DNA of 61,342 nt from a virus (IMGVR_UViG_3300036045_000010:1-61342); one strand, 5' to 3'; counted from the first letter of the stretch, positions 49,045 to 59,050 are shown. Numbers and translations are program-made. Notes: generated by a model not told the origin, from the letters alone.

Positions 49045-51234
49045 TTACGCTCCGGTTCTCGAAGGGTTGTAGCGCGCTTTGGCCGCTTCCTTGATCACTG
49101 CCGAACGCGCTTGGGATTCCGCCTGAGCGCCTTGCTTGTCGAGATCGCGCAGGTGTTTGGTGCCGGTTTCCTGCTCGACGAAGTCGAGATCGCTCTGATC
49201 CGCTTGAGCCAAGGACAGCCGGGCTTTGGCGCGGGCTTCTTCGGCCTTGGCGTCGGAAAGTGCGATTTGCGCTCGCGTTTCGGCGATCTCTGCTTCGAGC
49301 TTCACGAGCTCTAGCTCGGTCCGCTTCACCTCGAGCGGATTCGGCTGAGGCTTGAAACTGCGGATGTCGTGGGCCAGCTCCGGCATGCGCTTGAGCTCGG
49401 AGATGCTGGCGAGGATCTTCTGCGTGATCTCCCAGGGCGCGGTGTTACCCAAGGTCTGCAGCAGAAAGTTCAGATCCTGCGCTTTCCTTTCCTCGATCTC
49501 GTTGGTGGCCACGCTGACCTTGAGGTCCACGTCGCCCTGGATTTCCTCCTTGGATACGGAAACGAACTCCTCGTCCGTGACCTTCACCACTTCCGCCTCG
49601 GTGAGGAAGATCTGGTTCATGGCCACGATCTTGCGACCGATCTGCACGACGCCTTCGGCCATGCGCCGCAGAATGCCCATCTCTCGTTTGGCCGCGGCGT
49701 CGAGCATGCCCCGCATGCCCGCGGCCACCTCGCCAAAGGCCTCGCCTGAAAGCCCGCCTGAGAACGCCTTCACGCCGGTGAGCGCTTCGGCCTCTTGGTT
49801 CTGGAGCTGGAGCATCACCAGCGCCGACTGGGGCAGTTCGGGGAACTTGTGGGCGTAGATGCCCGTCTCCGGGGGCAGGTTGGGATTGAACTCGTAGTCC
49901 TCGCCCTGGTCGTAGCGGCGCCGGTTCACCGCATCGAGCATGTTCTTGGCGAAGCCGGTCTGCCCGTTGGCCGATCGACCCAAGAGGTCGATCATACCCC
50001 GCGTCAGGGCGCCGAGAATCGCCTGGTTGTCCTCCAGCAGCTCCGCATCCGCTTCGCCGGCGATGGACTTGCGAACCGGCATGTAGTTGGCTACGACCAG
50101 GGGAATCTTTTGATCGGGAAAGGGATTGCGCTCCATCCGGATCATCGTCTCGTTGATCCAGGTGGCGACGATGGGCGTCAGTCTCCCGCTGCCGTCGATG
50201 TCACGGAAACCCCAGTATTCGTAGGCCACCACTCGCTTGCGCAAGAGATCCTTAAAACCGAGATGGGAGAGGTCCGAGGTTGCGTGATTGGGTTGGTGCA
50301 GCGGCGAGGCCGCTTCCCAATTCACGGAATCGAGATTCTTGTAGCGTCTGTCTTTTCTCAGTTCGGCCTGAGAAGTCTCGAAGCTGATGATCGTAAAGTT
50401 GGCCTTCTCGACGTCGCCGTTGCAGGACGGATCGAAGTAGACGTTACGAATGTCGAGGATGTCGAGGGTCGGGTGATTCTTCACCACCTTCTCTTCTTCT
50501 TCCTGATGCGTGCCGATCAGCTCGGCCATGACCGGCATCTGCAGCTCCGCGCTCTGCTCCACGGAGACCCTCAACTGCTCTTCCATTCGAGCGAAAGCGA
50601 TGGGATCCTGCTCTCGCAGCGCCAGCCCTTGCTGGAGCATCTGCTGCTCTTCGGGCGCTCCCGCCGGCCGAAACACCCAGTCGTTGACGTCGACCGTCTC
50701 GATGCGGGTTTCCCGCACCCAGCCCGGGCGCACCACCACGGTGCCTTCGTCCACCGCCGTGCGGACATACTCGTCGATAAACGCCACGCGGGAGATCTTG
50801 TGCGAAACCTGCCAGTTGAGCAGGAGCTCGTTCTGGCGGGCGGCCTGAACGTCGAGCCGCGTTCGGGGCTCGACCTGGAACAGCTTCTCCGCGCTGAGGA
50901 ACGGCTCGGACAACGCGGCGTAGCGCCATTCAGCCTGGCGACGCACCAGCTTTGGCTGCACCTGCGATCGGTTGACCACCCGGGTCTTCGACCGCGACTT
51001 GACCTTTGCCGCCTCGCGCAAGGCGATCCATCGATCGACGCGCGCCACCTGCGCGTCGTGGCCCGGCTGAGCCATCTGAAGATCTTCCTTCAGCATCGCC
51101 ACCGTGGGTTCCTGCTCCCATTCGGTGAGCTTCAGCGCCTCTGTCAGCCGATGCTGGTTCTGCTCCTCGAAGGATCCGCGCGCAGGGACCATCATCGTCC
51201 GCGTGGAAGGAGCGTTCGTCGTCATCACCGCCAT
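49045..51234 (-). CDS. portal protein (N4 gp59)
   Basis: KLTEW..EP, VQPKLVRRQAEWRY.ALSEPFL, ALTGVKAFSGG; start at 51234 inferred. Confidence 0.93.
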   Translation of the reverse strand: MAVMTTNAPSTRTMMVPARGSFEEQNQHRLTEALKLTEWEQEPTVAMLKEDLQMAQPGHDAQVARVDRWIALREAAKVKSRSKTRVVNRSQVQPKLVRRQAEWRYAALSEPFLSAEKLFQVEPRTRLDVQAARQNELLLNWQVSHKISRVAFIDEYVRTAVDEGTVVVRPGWVRETRIETVDVNDWVFRPAGAPEEQQMLQQGLALREQDPIAFARMEEQLRVSVEQSAELQMPVMAELIGTHQEEEEKVVKNHPTLDILDIRNVYFDPSCNGDVEKANFTIISFETSQAELRKDRRYKNLDSVNWEAASPLHQPNHATSDLSHLGFKDLLRKRVVAYEYWGFRDIDGSGRLTPIVATWINETMIRMERNPFPDQKIPLVVANYMPVRKSIAGEADAELLEDNQAILGALTRGMIDLLGRSANGQTGFAKNMLDAVNRRRYDQGEDYEFNPNLPPETGIYAHKFPELPQSALVMLQLQNQEAEALTGVKAFSGGLSGEAFGEVAAGMRGMLDAAAKREMGILRRMAEGVVQIGRKIVAMNQIFLTEAEVVKVTDEEFVSVSKEEIQGDVDLKVSVATNEIEERKAQDLNFLLQTLGNTAPWEITQKILASISELKRMPELAHDIRSFKPQPNPLEVKRTELELVKLEAEIAETRAQIALSDAKAEEARAKARLSLAQADQSDLDFVEQETGTKHLRDLDKQGAQAESQARSAVIKEAAKARYNPSRTGA

Positions 51235-51241
51235 GGGAGGG

Positions 51242-51955
51242 TCAGCCTTTCGCCTGCGGATGCGCGCCGGGACGTCCGTCCGCCCAGCCGAAGATGTGGT
51301 TGCCGAGAGTGCGCCAGTCGCCACCGGCTCTGGCCTGACCCCAGGCCGGGTTGGCGACGCTGGGGTTGTAGTAGTGGGTGGCGCCGCTCGTGGGATCGAC
51401 GTAGCCGCCACTGAGAACCGCGTCCGCGGCCCGGTAGGCCTCGGGCGTGACCCGAATGCTGCTGGGATCGATCGCGCCCTCTCCGCCGGCGTAACCCGTC
51501 ACCCCGTTCCACATGGAGAATTGCCCGGGCGCCATGATGACGTCTTCGAGCGAGTATCCGCCATATCGCCCCGATCGCACGCGATTGCCGATGACCGATC
51601 CCACGGCCAGCATCCCCTCGAATCCTTCCCCCCCGGCTTCGCCTTGAATCGTCCGAGCCAGGAGCTCACGGCCCTCAAGCCCTCCTCCTGACGTTCCGCT
51701 CCAGGCGCCGATGCCCTGAGCCAAGGCGCCTCTGGTCGCCTGGGGCTTCTGGCCGCCATTCTCCCCATAGGTTGCGATTCCGAGATGTCCTGCCGACGGC
51801 GTCTGCATCGCCGTCGAAACCAGCGGCCGGGATCCCTGGCCGATCTTCCCCATGCCGGCCCAGGCCGCGGCCATCAGCTCGCGGGCCCGCGCCTGAGCGC
51901 TGGAGATCGTCCCACGCATGTCGGGAAAATCGGCGACGGGGGAAGGGAGCGCCAT
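51242..51955 (-). CDS. SleB/Hydrolase_2 cell wall hydrolase with a low-complexity N-terminus
   Basis: LARTIQGEAGGEG..GM.AVG.VI.NR, QFS.WN, GATHYY, LGNHIF. Confidence 0.88.
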   Translation of the reverse strand: MALPSPVADFPDMRGTISSAQARARELMAAAWAGMGKIGQGSRPLVSTAMQTPSAGHLGIATYGENGGQKPQATRGALAQGIGAWSGTSGGGLEGRELLARTIQGEAGGEGFEGMLAVGSVIGNRVRSGRYGGYSLEDVIMAPGQFSMWNGVTGYAGGEGAIDPSSIRVTPEAYRAADAVLSGGYVDPTSGATHYYNPSVANPAWGQARAGGDWRTLGNHIFGWADGRPGAHPQAKG

Positions 51956-51958
51956 GGC

Positions 51959-52225
51959 TCAGACGACTCCTGCAAAAGGAAGCCGGGCGACCAGGTCTCC
52001 GGCGTGCTGTCGCTCGTACTCGTAAGCCGATATCTTGGCGCAGTGCCGCCAGTCCCAGCGCAGCACCAAGAGGCGGGACGCGAACATCACGGCGTCGATC
52101 GCCACGCACCAGTACGAGCCTTCGCGCCACAATTCGGCGCAGAGCATGAGATGCGGATCTCCCCCGCGCAGTCCGTTCGCGTACCGCGACATCCGAACAT
52201 GCCAGGGGGAGACCTGCATAGGCAT
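51959..52225 (-). CDS. hypothetical protein
   Basis: Fills the operon gap in tandem with neighbours. Confidence 0.5.
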   Translation of the reverse strand: MPMQVSPWHVRMSRYANGLRGGDPHLMLCAELWREGSYWCVAIDAVMFASRLLVLRWDWRHCAKISAYEYERQHAGDLVARLPFAGVV

Positions 52226-52232
52226 GGCGGGA

Positions 52233-52550
52233 TCAACCCGCCGGGATGGCGCAGACGACGGCGCGCAGATCCGTCACCATCCGCATGGCGTCGCCGTTGG
52301 TCATGCCGGCCACGTCGATCTGGTCCTTGCCGAGGGCCGCCGCGGCCATGTTGCCGAGCGCGACATACTCTCCCGCCGCAGCGTAGTTCCGGGTCCGCAG
52401 CTCTTCGTCGCAGAAGGCGGCGACCTTCTCGGCGATCGCCGTATTGGCCAAGAGCTTTCCTGGGGTCGAGAGGCGGAACGCGACGCCGTCGAGACCGGCG
52501 CAGGCGGCCAGACCGGTGAACATGACGAACATCAGTGCGAAAACGCGCAT
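52233..52550 (-). CDS. putative lipoprotein (spanin-like)
   Basis: Signal peptide with lipobox LAAC; next to the holin. Confidence 0.6.
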   Translation of the reverse strand: MRVFALMFVMFTGLAACAGLDGVAFRLSTPGKLLANTAIAEKVAAFCDEELRTRNYAAAGEYVALGNMAAAALGKDQIDVAGMTNGDAMRMVTDLRAVVCAIPAG

Positions 52551-52553
52551 GGA

Positions 52554-52922
52554 TCAGAATCCTTCCGGGTGAGCGGGGGCGGTCAGCGCCTCTTCCAGCT
52601 TCGCGAGCGCGATCTGGGTCAGCACCTCGACGCCGGGCTTGAGCGCGGCGATGGCGTCGGGCACTGAGGCCCGCGCGTAGGCCACGGCCTCTTTCGCCAC
52701 GACGTCCGTGGGCACGCCGTCGCCGAGACGCGTGACGGCGGAGCGAACGCCGGTCATGATCGCCGAATGCAGCGCATTGCGCCGCGACTCCTCGATCTTC
52801 AGCTTGGTCATCCGCTCGAACTGCAGAATGGCCCAGGTCAGCGCCGTCATGAGCAGCGAGCTCAGAACGGTGATGATCACGGGTTCGATGCCCACGATCA
52901 CTTCGGTGACGATGCCGTTCAT
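52554..52922 (-). CDS. putative holin
   Basis: N-terminal TM helix; R.ALHSAI.TGV...A..Y...SVPDAI..L. Confidence 0.65.
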   Translation of the reverse strand: MNGIVTEVIVGIEPVIITVLSSLLMTALTWAILQFERMTKLKIEESRRNALHSAIMTGVRSAVTRLGDGVPTDVVAKEAVAYARASVPDAIAALKPGVEVLTQIALAKLEEALTAPAHPEGF

Positions 52923-53026
52923 TTGGTCTCTCCGGTGATCAGCGTTTCCAGCCGCGTCATCAGATCAGGATGCACCCCGGCCAAGTTGGTCAGGCTTCGT
53001 TTCGAAAACGTGCGGGAAGCGCTCAT
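52919..53026 (-). pseudogene. 35-aa relic of an M15-family peptidase endolysin
   Basis: MSASRTFSKRSLTNLAGVHPDLMTRLETLITGETK*; FS.RS..NL.GVHPDL is the usual N-terminus of L-Ala-D-Glu peptidase endolysins; ATGA overlap with the holin. Confidence 0.65.
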
Positions 53027-53096
53027 CCGTCAGCCTCGTTCTGTGCGGTCGCCTTGCATTAGAGCACATCATCCCACATCACACCATACCTAATGG

Positions 53097-53717
53097 TCAG
53101 GGATCGAGCTGGAAGAATACGGCCTGGGTCTCTTCGTAGACGTCGATGTAGTCCTCGACGGCGCCGAACGGGCAGGCGAACTTCAGGCCGAGACTAAGCG
53201 CCGTCCGGCCCGGCTCCAGCCCCAACGGCTGCTCGAGCTCAAGCTGAAACCGTCGCGGCTCGAGCTGCAGCTGCGCCACCGGCGGCAGCGTCTTTCCTGC
53301 GAGGGGGATCACCCGTTCGTCGGTGTAGATCGGGGTGATCTCGAGCAGGTTGCAGGCAAGGCCCTTGTGGGTCTTGCCGATCACCAGCGTCAGTTGAACC
53401 CGTGCGCCTTGGCGCACGGGTTCTCGCACGAAGGAGTGCCCTGAGGGCATGCGGATCAGTCGGTCTTCGCCGGTGACTTGATTGAGCTGCTGTTCGAGCC
53501 GCATCAGATCCTCGCGGGTCACCACGTTGAGGTCTTCAGCCAGTCGGTCGATGAAGATCGGCCAGAGCATCTTCATCGCGAAAGCGCCGAGGAACATCGA
53601 AATGGAGACGACCAGCGAGGCGAGGAACATTGCGTCTCTGGTCACCGAAGCGAAATGACGCAGCGTCGACATCGTCGACGACAAGGGGGCGGGAGTCGGG
53701 GTATCGGAGCCAGCCAT
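53097..53717 (-). CDS. hypothetical membrane-anchored protein
   Basis: One N-terminal TM segment; GAGG RBS before 53717. Confidence 0.65.
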   Translation of the reverse strand: MAGSDTPTPAPLSSTMSTLRHFASVTRDAMFLASLVVSISMFLGAFAMKMLWPIFIDRLAEDLNVVTREDLMRLEQQLNQVTGEDRLIRMPSGHSFVREPVRQGARVQLTLVIGKTHKGLACNLLEITPIYTDERVIPLAGKTLPPVAQLQLEPRRFQLELEQPLGLEPGRTALSLGLKFACPFGAVEDYIDVYEETQAVFFQLDP

Positions 53718-53849
53718 GGCGAACCTCTTCTGCAAGGGGAAGGAGAGGAACACGCCGCTGGTGCTCACCACCATGCCGCCGGCTTCCGTGTTTTCTAGAA
53801 TACGCGGATCCACGACACTCGTCGAGCGTTACTCGCGGCCCGAGAGCTC

Positions 53850-54176
53850 TTAGATGCGTCGCAACGCACCGTAGATCAGCGACACCGCCACGACGCCTAG
53901 AAGTCCCCAGGACCCGCCCCATACTCCCCAGCAGAGACCCGCCGCTACAAAAAACGAATCCGCCGCTCCGTCTCTCCAGCGTCCGCCCTGGCAGAGCTGC
54001 CACGCTTCCAGACCGAGGTAACCCACGAACCCCAGCCAGACGGGGACGCCCAATCCATTCAGCGCCCAGGTCACGAACAACCCCAACACGAAATGCCCCA
54101 GCTGGTTGGTCACCCAACCATAGGCGTCGTTCGAGAAGTCGTCCGGCATCAGGAAGTTATACAGGAATGATCTCAT
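53850..54176 (-). CDS. small membrane protein
   Basis: Multiple hydrophobic segments; NQLGH motif. Confidence 0.7.
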   Translation of the reverse strand: MRSFLYNFLMPDDFSNDAYGWVTNQLGHFVLGLFVTWALNGLGVPVWLGFVGYLGLEAWQLCQGGRWRDGAADSFFVAAGLCWGVWGGSWGLLGVVAVSLIYGALRRI

Positions 54177-54364
54177 TCCGCCTCTTCTTCCCGGGACGGC
54201 GTTTCCTGCGACACCACCGAAATCACTTCGCTCATGTCGTTAAACGCAGCGACCAGTTCCCCTTCTTCGTCGAAGAACCGATACCCCAGCCCGTCCAGCA
54301 GACAGCGTTTTGCCGTAATTTCACGAACAGGTTCTTGGCGAAACGTCACCACATAACGATTCAT
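54173..54364 (-). CDS. small hypothetical protein
   Basis: MNRYVVTFRQEPV...; overlaps both neighbours; GAGGA RBS. Confidence 0.6.
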   Translation of the reverse strand: MNRYVVTFRQEPVREITAKRCLLDGLGYRFFDEEGELVAAFNDMSEVISVVSQETPSREEEAE

Positions 54365-54879
54365 TATTCGTTCCTCGAATAGGTGCGGAAGAACGCGTCC
54401 ACGTCTTCGTCCGACAGGTTCTGCGTACCGCGCAGGAGGTCCACCAGCGGGCTGGTTCGTTCCACCACCGTGTGCTTTGCCAGCGTGATTCGTGCGCGCA
54501 TGCGCGCCTCCGCCGTCGGCAGTTGCTGGATCGTCGCTTCGATGAAGCCGGGAATCGTCCCGCCGCTCGCCAGCGCCACGCCTTCGGCCTCGGTCAGCCA
54601 GCCCTCTTGAACGAAGCCTACGATGGCGTCGATCGAGCTCATGCGCATCCGCGCCCGTTCTTCCGGAAGCGGGCTCGGCGGGCTCAGCTCGCCCAACATC
54701 CCATCGGCGCGCACCATATGGGCCCGGGGATCCGCGACGCCTTCCCGCAGCAGCAGTCCGCGTTGCGTCGCTTGGAACTGCATAGCCAGGAACGACGCCG
54801 GCGAGCACACCCCCGTCTCAATGATCCGAAACCCCCCGTCCACCGGATCGTTCGGATCGTAAGCCACATATTCGATCAC
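54364..54879 (-). CDS. putative tail fibre assembly/chaperone protein
   Basis: Directly downstream of the fibre gene; C-terminal R.SPLV..L....LSDEDVDAFF. Confidence 0.65.
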   Translation of the reverse strand: MIEYVAYDPNDPVDGGFRIIETGVCSPASFLAMQFQATQRGLLLREGVADPRAHMVRADGMLGELSPPSPLPEERARMRMSSIDAIVGFVQEGWLTEAEGVALASGGTIPGFIEATIQQLPTAEARMRARITLAKHTVVERTSPLVDLLRGTQNLSDEDVDAFFRTYSRNE

Positions 54880-57800
54880 TTTCCCATCTCCTCCGCGGAC
54901 AAGTACCTATCCAGGATCCGAAACCCCCCGCCATGCGAATTCTGGACGAACACCTCTAATTGGAACGTCGTCGTGCCCGAATAATTGCCGACATCGTCCC
55001 AGATGAAACTCGTGAAGCCGCCCGTGCTATCGCGCGGCACATTAGGAAAGGTGTTGAGAATTACGTCAGGAAGCCCGCTCCGTCGACGAACCAACCTGAA
55101 CTGAATCGGGTTGTTCAGGTTCATATTTTCCCAGCCGCCCAGAGCCCGCAACTTCACCCGGGAATTTGCGTTACGCACCAAGACCACCGAACAAACCTGC
55201 GACCACACGCCACGTGGAGGATCAATCGGCGACACTCCGGAGACCCGGGCGTAGTCGCTGACCCCGTTGTCGGCGATCTGAAGCCGTCCGACGGTCAGAT
55301 TTGCGATTTTCGCAGCGTTGACCTGGAGGTTTCCGATCTTCGCGTTGTTGATCGCACCGTTCTCGATCATCGCGTTGACGATCCAGCCGTTCAACGCCTG
55401 GAGCGTGTCGATCTTGATCTTGTCTACGGTGACCGCTTCGGCGACCAGCAGCGGCGTGGTGATGCTGTCAGGCAACAGCAGCGTCGCCGCGTCCTGCTTG
55501 CGGATCACCTTCGGCGCCCAGAGCCGCATACCGGCATCGGTATCGTCGGCTAATATTCGCCAGCGCCAACGCGCTGTGCCTGAGTACGGCGCAACGACCT
55601 CGGTTTGTCGAAAGGCGGGTACGGTCGTCGTCGACACCAAGTCCGAAAGCGGTATATTCTCCGCCAGACCGGAATTGTTCTCGGTGAAATCAAGGTACGG
55701 TATGCACCGCGCTTGCGTGCCGCCAATGCGCGACCCCCAAAAACTACACACCAGCCGCTCGTTGGCGCGCACCGGAAACTCGAGCCCGCTCGACGACTTT
55801 ACCCCGGTCGCACCACCGGCGTTGGTCCAGCGCATCTCCCCGATCGACGGCGCGCCGACGCGCAACGAGTTTGGCACGATCCCAAAGCCTGAGTTCACGC
55901 CGCCCCAGCACGCCTGCGACTGCAGCTGGTCATCCGGCACCAGGTTTTCGCCGAGATCCATCACTAGCATTTGAGCGGTCGACAGCGAACGGGGCGCGAT
56001 CACCTCGCCATGCAAAAGCACGGTGTTGCGCGTCACTTCTCCGTCGACCGCGATCGATACCGCTTCGATACCGGCTCCCGTGCCAGGCCCCGCCTGCGCG
56101 ATCCATTGAAAGCCCGCCATGGCTCCTTGGGTCGTGGCGAGCGCGGCGGAGGTCTGCGTCACCGTCGCCTCGAGCTCGACCAAGTCGGTGACGTCTTCGA
56201 GCCAGATCCCGTCGCAGGCCGACCACAGCGTAGGAAAGGCCTGTTGGTAGTTCAGCCAGGCGCGCAATCGGATCCCCGAAGCGTCCGCCATAACCGCTTG
56301 CACGTCCGCAAGCGTGAACGGCTCGGAGGTGAAGTCTCGCCACCCTTCGGCATAGGTCAGCGCCGCATTGGCGACGGCGGGCCAGCGGGTCGTTCCAAAC
56401 GCCCCGGCGGCGTTCCGGGCTTGCCAACCGGCGTAGACCCGCACCGTCCCTTCGGTCGCGCCAGTGGCGTAAGCCACGAAGCTCGCTCGAATCCGGTAGC
56501 GCCGCGCCGGGATCAGATCGTAGTGCCGCTGGGTGCAGAACCCGCCGGTGACCGGCCCATGCAACGCGGTGGCGCGACCGCGTTGCGGACCGACCGACCA
56601 GGACGCCGGCGAAAGCGCCAACCCGGTGTCGGGACTCACCCAGCCTTCCAGCCCCAATTCGAATCCCGTGGCTCCGCTGATCATCGCCGCTTCCGACCGA
56701 GCGGTGGCGCTGACCACGGCGCTGGCGTTGGCGGCGACCGCCGCGCCTTCGGCGCTGATCCGCGAGACCGAGGCCTGGGAGGCGCTGGTCGAGGCCTGGC
56801 CGGCGCTCGTCGACGCGTTGGTGGCGCTGGCGAGCGCGGACTGAGCCAAGGCCTCCGTGTCGGTACGATAGGTCGCGGCGGTCGAGGCCGAGCCCGCGGC
56901 TGCGGTGGCCGAATCCTGGGCGTCGCTGGCGTTCGACGCGGCGGTCACCGCATGAGACGAAGCAGCGCTGGCGGCCGCCTCCGCGGCCGTCTGGGAGACC
57001 AGCGCTTCCTCGGCGCTGGTCACCGCCGCCTCGGCGTACCCTTCCAGCGTCAGCATTTGGGTGACGTCTTCGAGGATGATCGCCTGAATGTCGACGTCGT
57101 TCGTCCCGGCGATCGAATCGATCGTCCGCGCCCCGATGCGAAAGAACCGCGTCGAGGGGTTTCCAGTGACCGGGATCGTGTAGTCGAAGCTCACCAGTCG
57201 CCAGGCTCCGCCTTCCAGCGTCCCCATGTTTGGGTACGTCGCGTCCACGACCTCCAGGTCGTCGTTGAGCTCCGCCACCATTCCCGAGATGACCCCGGCC
57301 AGCGTCACAGGCGCACGCGCCATGACCGTGACTCGGTAGGTCATGCCCGGGACCCACTGCAGCACGATCTGGGTCATGAACCGGACGTTCGTCGTCACGC
57401 TCGCCGGAACCGTCACAAAGCCGACATTCTCGATCACCTCGGGATGCATGCCCGAGTCGCCGGCGACCCCCTCGGGATCATGTCGCCAGGCGACATCAGT
57501 CACCTCGGAGGAGACCATCTTGGTCGATCCAGTCGAGGCGCGGGTCACCGAGGCCGCGGCGGCGATGGCGCTCAGAGACGCTTCGGTCGCCTTGGTCGTG
57601 GCGGTCGTAGCGGACCCCGCAGCGCTGTTGGCCGACGTGCTGGCCGCCACGGCCGCGGCTTCGGCCAGGTCCTTGGCGCCTTCCGCAGTGTCCGCCGCCG
57701 CGAAGCTCGCGGCGATCCCCTCCATCGCCGTGGGATAGGTGAAGCCCTCGAAGATCGAGTCGAGCACCGCACGGTTGTTGTCGGCGGCGAGCTGCGCCGC

Positions 57801-58286
57801 TTCCGCGGCTGCGCGGGTCACCGGCAGGTCATCGTCGAGGATGGCGTCGGTCGTTCCGAACAACAGGTCGAGCGCCGTCTGAGCCTCGGCGTACTGGCTG
57901 CGCATCTCCGTCGCGGCCGCTTCGGAGGCCTGAACCGCTTCGGTGATCTGCTGCTCGATCTCCTGAGCCAGTTGTTGACCCAGGACGTCACTCGCTTCAC
58001 CGACCTGTTGCGCGATCTCTCCACGCAGCTCGTCGCGCAACCGCTGGATCGCGGCGTCGGTGTAGACCTGAGCCGCGAGACCCACCTCGTAGATCCGGCC
58101 ATGGGCCCCGTCGGCTCGGGTTTGAGCGGCGTCGGCGTCGCCCTGAGCCACGGCGATCCGCACCGAGTGCTCCGCGTCGGCGTCTTCACGGGTCTGGATC
58201 TCTTCGGCGAGCCGGGTCTCCAGATCCGGCAGCCGGTAGAGCTCGAGCGTGTCGGCCCAGAGCTGAATGTCGACGACGGCGGGCAT
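54876..58286 (-). CDS. tail fibre / receptor-binding protein
   Basis: Coiled-coil N-terminus, Ala/Ser/Thr-rich repeats, beta-rich CBM-like domains, I.NA.I repeats. Confidence 0.8.
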   Translation of the reverse strand: MPAVVDIQLWADTLELYRLPDLETRLAEEIQTREDADAEHSVRIAVAQGDADAAQTRADGAHGRIYEVGLAAQVYTDAAIQRLRDELRGEIAQQVGEASDVLGQQLAQEIEQQITEAVQASEAAATEMRSQYAEAQTALDLLFGTTDAILDDDLPVTRAAAEAAQLAADNNRAVLDSIFEGFTYPTAMEGIAASFAAADTAEGAKDLAEAAAVAASTSANSAAGSATTATTKATEASLSAIAAAASVTRASTGSTKMVSSEVTDVAWRHDPEGVAGDSGMHPEVIENVGFVTVPASVTTNVRFMTQIVLQWVPGMTYRVTVMARAPVTLAGVISGMVAELNDDLEVVDATYPNMGTLEGGAWRLVSFDYTIPVTGNPSTRFFRIGARTIDSIAGTNDVDIQAIILEDVTQMLTLEGYAEAAVTSAEEALVSQTAAEAAASAASSHAVTAASNASDAQDSATAAAGSASTAATYRTDTEALAQSALASATNASTSAGQASTSASQASVSRISAEGAAVAANASAVVSATARSEAAMISGATGFELGLEGWVSPDTGLALSPASWSVGPQRGRATALHGPVTGGFCTQRHYDLIPARRYRIRASFVAYATGATEGTVRVYAGWQARNAAGAFGTTRWPAVANAALTYAEGWRDFTSEPFTLADVQAVMADASGIRLRAWLNYQQAFPTLWSACDGIWLEDVTDLVELEATVTQTSAALATTQGAMAGFQWIAQAGPGTGAGIEAVSIAVDGEVTRNTVLLHGEVIAPRSLSTAQMLVMDLGENLVPDDQLQSQACWGGVNSGFGIVPNSLRVGAPSIGEMRWTNAGGATGVKSSSGLEFPVRANERLVCSFWGSRIGGTQARCIPYLDFTENNSGLAENIPLSDLVSTTTVPAFRQTEVVAPYSGTARWRWRILADDTDAGMRLWAPKVIRKQDAATLLLPDSITTPLLVAEAVTVDKIKIDTLQALNGWIVNAMIENGAINNAKIGNLQVNAAKIANLTVGRLQIADNGVSDYARVSGVSPIDPPRGVWSQVCSVVLVRNANSRVKLRALGGWENMNLNNPIQFRLVRRRSGLPDVILNTFPNVPRDSTGGFTSFIWDDVGNYSGTTTFQLEVFVQNSHGGGFRILDRYLSAEEMGK

Positions 58287-59017
58287 CAGACGAAACCCTT
58301 GTCCCGCAGCTTGTCGAACGCGTTGGAGCTCGATTCCTGACTCATGTCGTTGAGTTTCGCCTCCGCGCAGAGCTGCTCGTAGCGGGCGAGCAACTCTTTC
58401 GAGCGCGCCACATGCGCCTCTCCCGACATGCCGGCGAAGATCGCCGCGGCGGTGCGCGCCTGCAGCGCTTCTTCGAGCGCCGGCATGATCTGAATCGACC
58501 CGCTGAGGGTCAGAGGCGGGTGGTTGGCCTGGTACTCGATTTCGAATTGCTCGCCGGGCAGGGCGGTCAGAAGCCGAATTTCGTTGTAGGCCAGGGTCTT
58601 GACCGCATTCGTTGCGTTCTCTCGGCTGTTGACCAGGAAATCAAGACTCTCGTCCAATCCGATGGTCGCGGCGACGTCGAGCCGCCGCACTCCAAGGATT
58701 CGAATGACGTCGTCGGCGAAAGGCCTCGGCATCGCCGTCACGTCTTTGATGTAGTGCGGTATGGTGGGGTGCGCCAACAGGTTGCTCTCGGCATGCTCAG
58801 AGCTCAGCACGTAGGAGTCCACCTCGCTCATGGCCTCGAGCGTGAGAAAGGCGATCCGAAGTTGAAAGCGGGTGTAGAGGGCGGTCAGCGCAGTCGTCAC
58901 GGCTGCGAGCGCTTGGGCCTCCCTGTTCACATCGATCGAGCCCGCGCCTTCCATGCCAATGGCGAGGTTGGAAAGCTCGCCGTAGCTGAGCCGGGTGAAC
59001 AGATCTTGAACGAGCAT
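58286..59017 (-). CDS. head-tail adaptor (N4 gp67 homolog)
   Basis: LSYGELSNL, LY.RF, YQANH, ends KGFV. Confidence 0.85.
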   Translation of the reverse strand: MLVQDLFTRLSYGELSNLAIGMEGAGSIDVNREAQALAAVTTALTALYTRFQLRIAFLTLEAMSEVDSYVLSSEHAESNLLAHPTIPHYIKDVTAMPRPFADDVIRILGVRRLDVAATIGLDESLDFLVNSRENATNAVKTLAYNEIRLLTALPGEQFEIEYQANHPPLTLSGSIQIMPALEEALQARTAAAIFAGMSGEAHVARSKELLARYEQLCAEAKLNDMSQESSSNAFDKLRDKGFV

Positions 59018-59050
59018 GAGGAAGGACCACTCCCTGGGAGTTCGAAAACG

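Noticed and set aside
49045-51411. 788-aa portal start at 51411
   Set aside because: Would overlap the hydrolase gene by 170 nt; ATG 51234 just after the hydrolase stop fits better.
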